This document shows, piece by piece, positions 54,921-56,157 of a stretch of 56,157 bases of DNA (its first letter is position 1; each line of letters opens with the position of its first letter). The stretch is from the IMG/VR virus record IMGVR_UViG_3300021962_006479. One strand, 5' to 3'. The notes beneath the pieces were generated by a model, which did not search any database, had not been told where the DNA came from, and saw only the letters and a list, made by a program, of their open reading frames with translations. Origin of the DNA: an uncultured virus (IMG/VR IMGVR_UViG_3300021962_006479). Taxonomy: Duplodnaviria; Heunggongvirae; Uroviricota; Caudoviricetes. The position numbers and the translations under genes are program-made.

Positions 54921-56157
54921 TTGTCATCCCTAAAACGAACAAAGCGAGGGAAACGCAAACTGTAAGTACCATCTTGGTTCTGTGTAATTACATCACATAA
55001 GACTTCAGCAGTTCGACCAATGACCAGATTACGATTAGTCCAATAGTCATCCCTATCACCATCACTAAAGCCACTACCTACATTGACTGTAATTTCTTTC
55101 CCGTCGTCAACTCCATGACAAACTAATGCTCCAAGTCTTCCTAAGTTTCTACCAGTACCTTCTTCAACACCTACGACCTCCAAGTCTACAGTTAACGTTG
55201 GCTTCCACTTCATCCAGTCAGTACTACGCTTACAGATATATGGAGCTTCTAATTCTTTAATCATAATGCCTTCAAACCCTGCGTTCACATTGTCTTTAGC
55301 ATAACGTTCAAGTTGATCCTTACCTGCGGCTGTATCTAAGTCAACCATAATGTGTGGTAGTAGTTCAACGTTAGGCATAGTGTCAACTACGTGGCGAATG
55401 TGTTCAAGTATAGCAATACGTTTACGTAGTTGAGCATTCCAATGTCCTTCACGGAAATCACTTAAAGGAATAATATCAAAGATATTAAACACACTATCAT
55501 CTGCTTGTACATCAGTCTTACGGCGTGCTTGTCGCATTAGTTCTTGGAATGTATTACCGATCACTTCGCCATCTAATACAAATCCGTTAATCAATGCGTT
55601 CTGATGACCTCTAGCAATTTTAATCCAGTTACTACTAATTTGTTCTTCAATGTGTGTAAAGTTATCAAACACTTTACCATTACGGCTATAACAAACAGTA
55701 GTGACACCCTCACTTGCTCCGGGTATTACAAACATCAATACACGCACACCATCTAACTTAGGCTCTAAACGTTTAGTGCCCTTCATCTCAGGACGACCTT
55801 CACTATTAGTTGCTAGTTGACAACCAAATACAGGAATCTCGTATTCTGTTTTTTTACAGATTTTATTGATTGTTTTTTCAGATACTCCAGCACGTAAATC
55901 CCTACGAATGATAGGGGCACAGAATGTATTCCATTCGTTACTATCAAAACGTTCACTCATTTCGTTAATAGCATCAAGTGCGGCATTGCCTGACAAATCA
56001 CGGTGTGACAATAGTGTAAGCAATGTATTAAAATCACTCCAAGGATTTTCAGCATCAATAATGCCTACAGTGTCAGGGACTTTACGTACACCAAATGTAA
56101 CGTAGGGATTGTAACAAGCCTTAGTCAGACCCAGAAAAATCTGAGCATTTGTGCTAC
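54917..56157 (-). CDS. lig: ATP-dependent DNA ligase (5' end lies beyond the window)
   Basis: EPKLDGVR (motif I), LDGEV, FDII, EGIMIK, KWK, SLRFPRF; frame continues upstream of the track start (CYNPYVTFGV). Confidence 0.93.
   Translation of the reverse strand, partial: STNAQIFLGLTKACYNPYVTFGVRKVPDTVGIIDAENPWSDFNTLLTLLSHRDLSGNAALDAINEMSERFDSNEWNTFCAPIIRRDLRAGVSEKTINKICKKTEYEIPVFGCQLATNSEGRPEMKGTKRLEPKLDGVRVLMFVIPGASEGVTTVCYSRNGKVFDNFTHIEEQISSNWIKIARGHQNALINGFVLDGEVIGNTFQELMRQARRKTDVQADDSVFNIFDIIPLSDFREGHWNAQLRKRIAILEHIRHVVDTMPNVELLPHIMVDLDTAAGKDQLERYAKDNVNAGFEGIMIKELEAPYICKRSTDWMKWKPTLTVDLEVVGVEEGTGRNLGRLGALVCHGVDDGKEITVNVGSGFSDGDRDDYWTNRNLVIGRTAEVLCDVITQNQDGTYSLRFPRFVRFRDDK

Noticed and set aside
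1..56157. Bacterial chromosome origin, given the many housekeeping genes
   Set aside because: Housekeeping homologs lack their normal operon context and sit among short phage-type ORFs, fibre genes, a phage-type ATP ligase and T4-like late motifs
1..56157. Stop-codon reassignment
   Set aside because: Known genes are full length in the standard code, and TAA, TAG and TGA all end ORFs at expected positions

Overview
AT-rich, gene-dense segment of a large (jumbo-type, T4-like transcription logic) tailed bacteriophage genome. The host is probably a proteobacterium; the IscU/IscA/ErpA, IF-1 and omega homologs look betaproteobacterial (inference). Two early regions of short hypothetical genes, each driven by near-consensus sigma70 promoters (TTGACA-N17-TATAAT), point inward (+ strand at about 1.6-13.4 kb, - strand at about 35-56 kb). 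Many other genes are preceded by a T4-late-like (A/C)TAAATA motif. Host-like genes include rpoZ, infA, rpsU, iscU/iscA/erpA, Fe/Mn SOD, clpP/clpX/clpS, a small heat-shock gene with a ROSE-like thermometer, a serine D-Ala-D-Ala peptidase, dCMP deaminase, a 5'-nucleotidase, and an ATP-dependent DNA ligase cut by the window edge. The most striking locus is a co-oriented module of CsgF, CsgG, two secreted curlin-repeat proteins, a periplasmic FecR-domain protein and a CHASE2 class III nucleotide cyclase, interrupted by a 2280-aa FN3/RCC1 repeat protein. This suggests a phage-encoded curli-like export plus trans-envelope cAMP signalling system. Other highlights are an unannotated, promoter-driven, roughly 260-nt structured RNA candidate, several enzymes carrying a T4-like capsid-targeting N-terminus, and repeated promoter-RBS cassettes. 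All calls come from motif recognition by eye; no searches were run.
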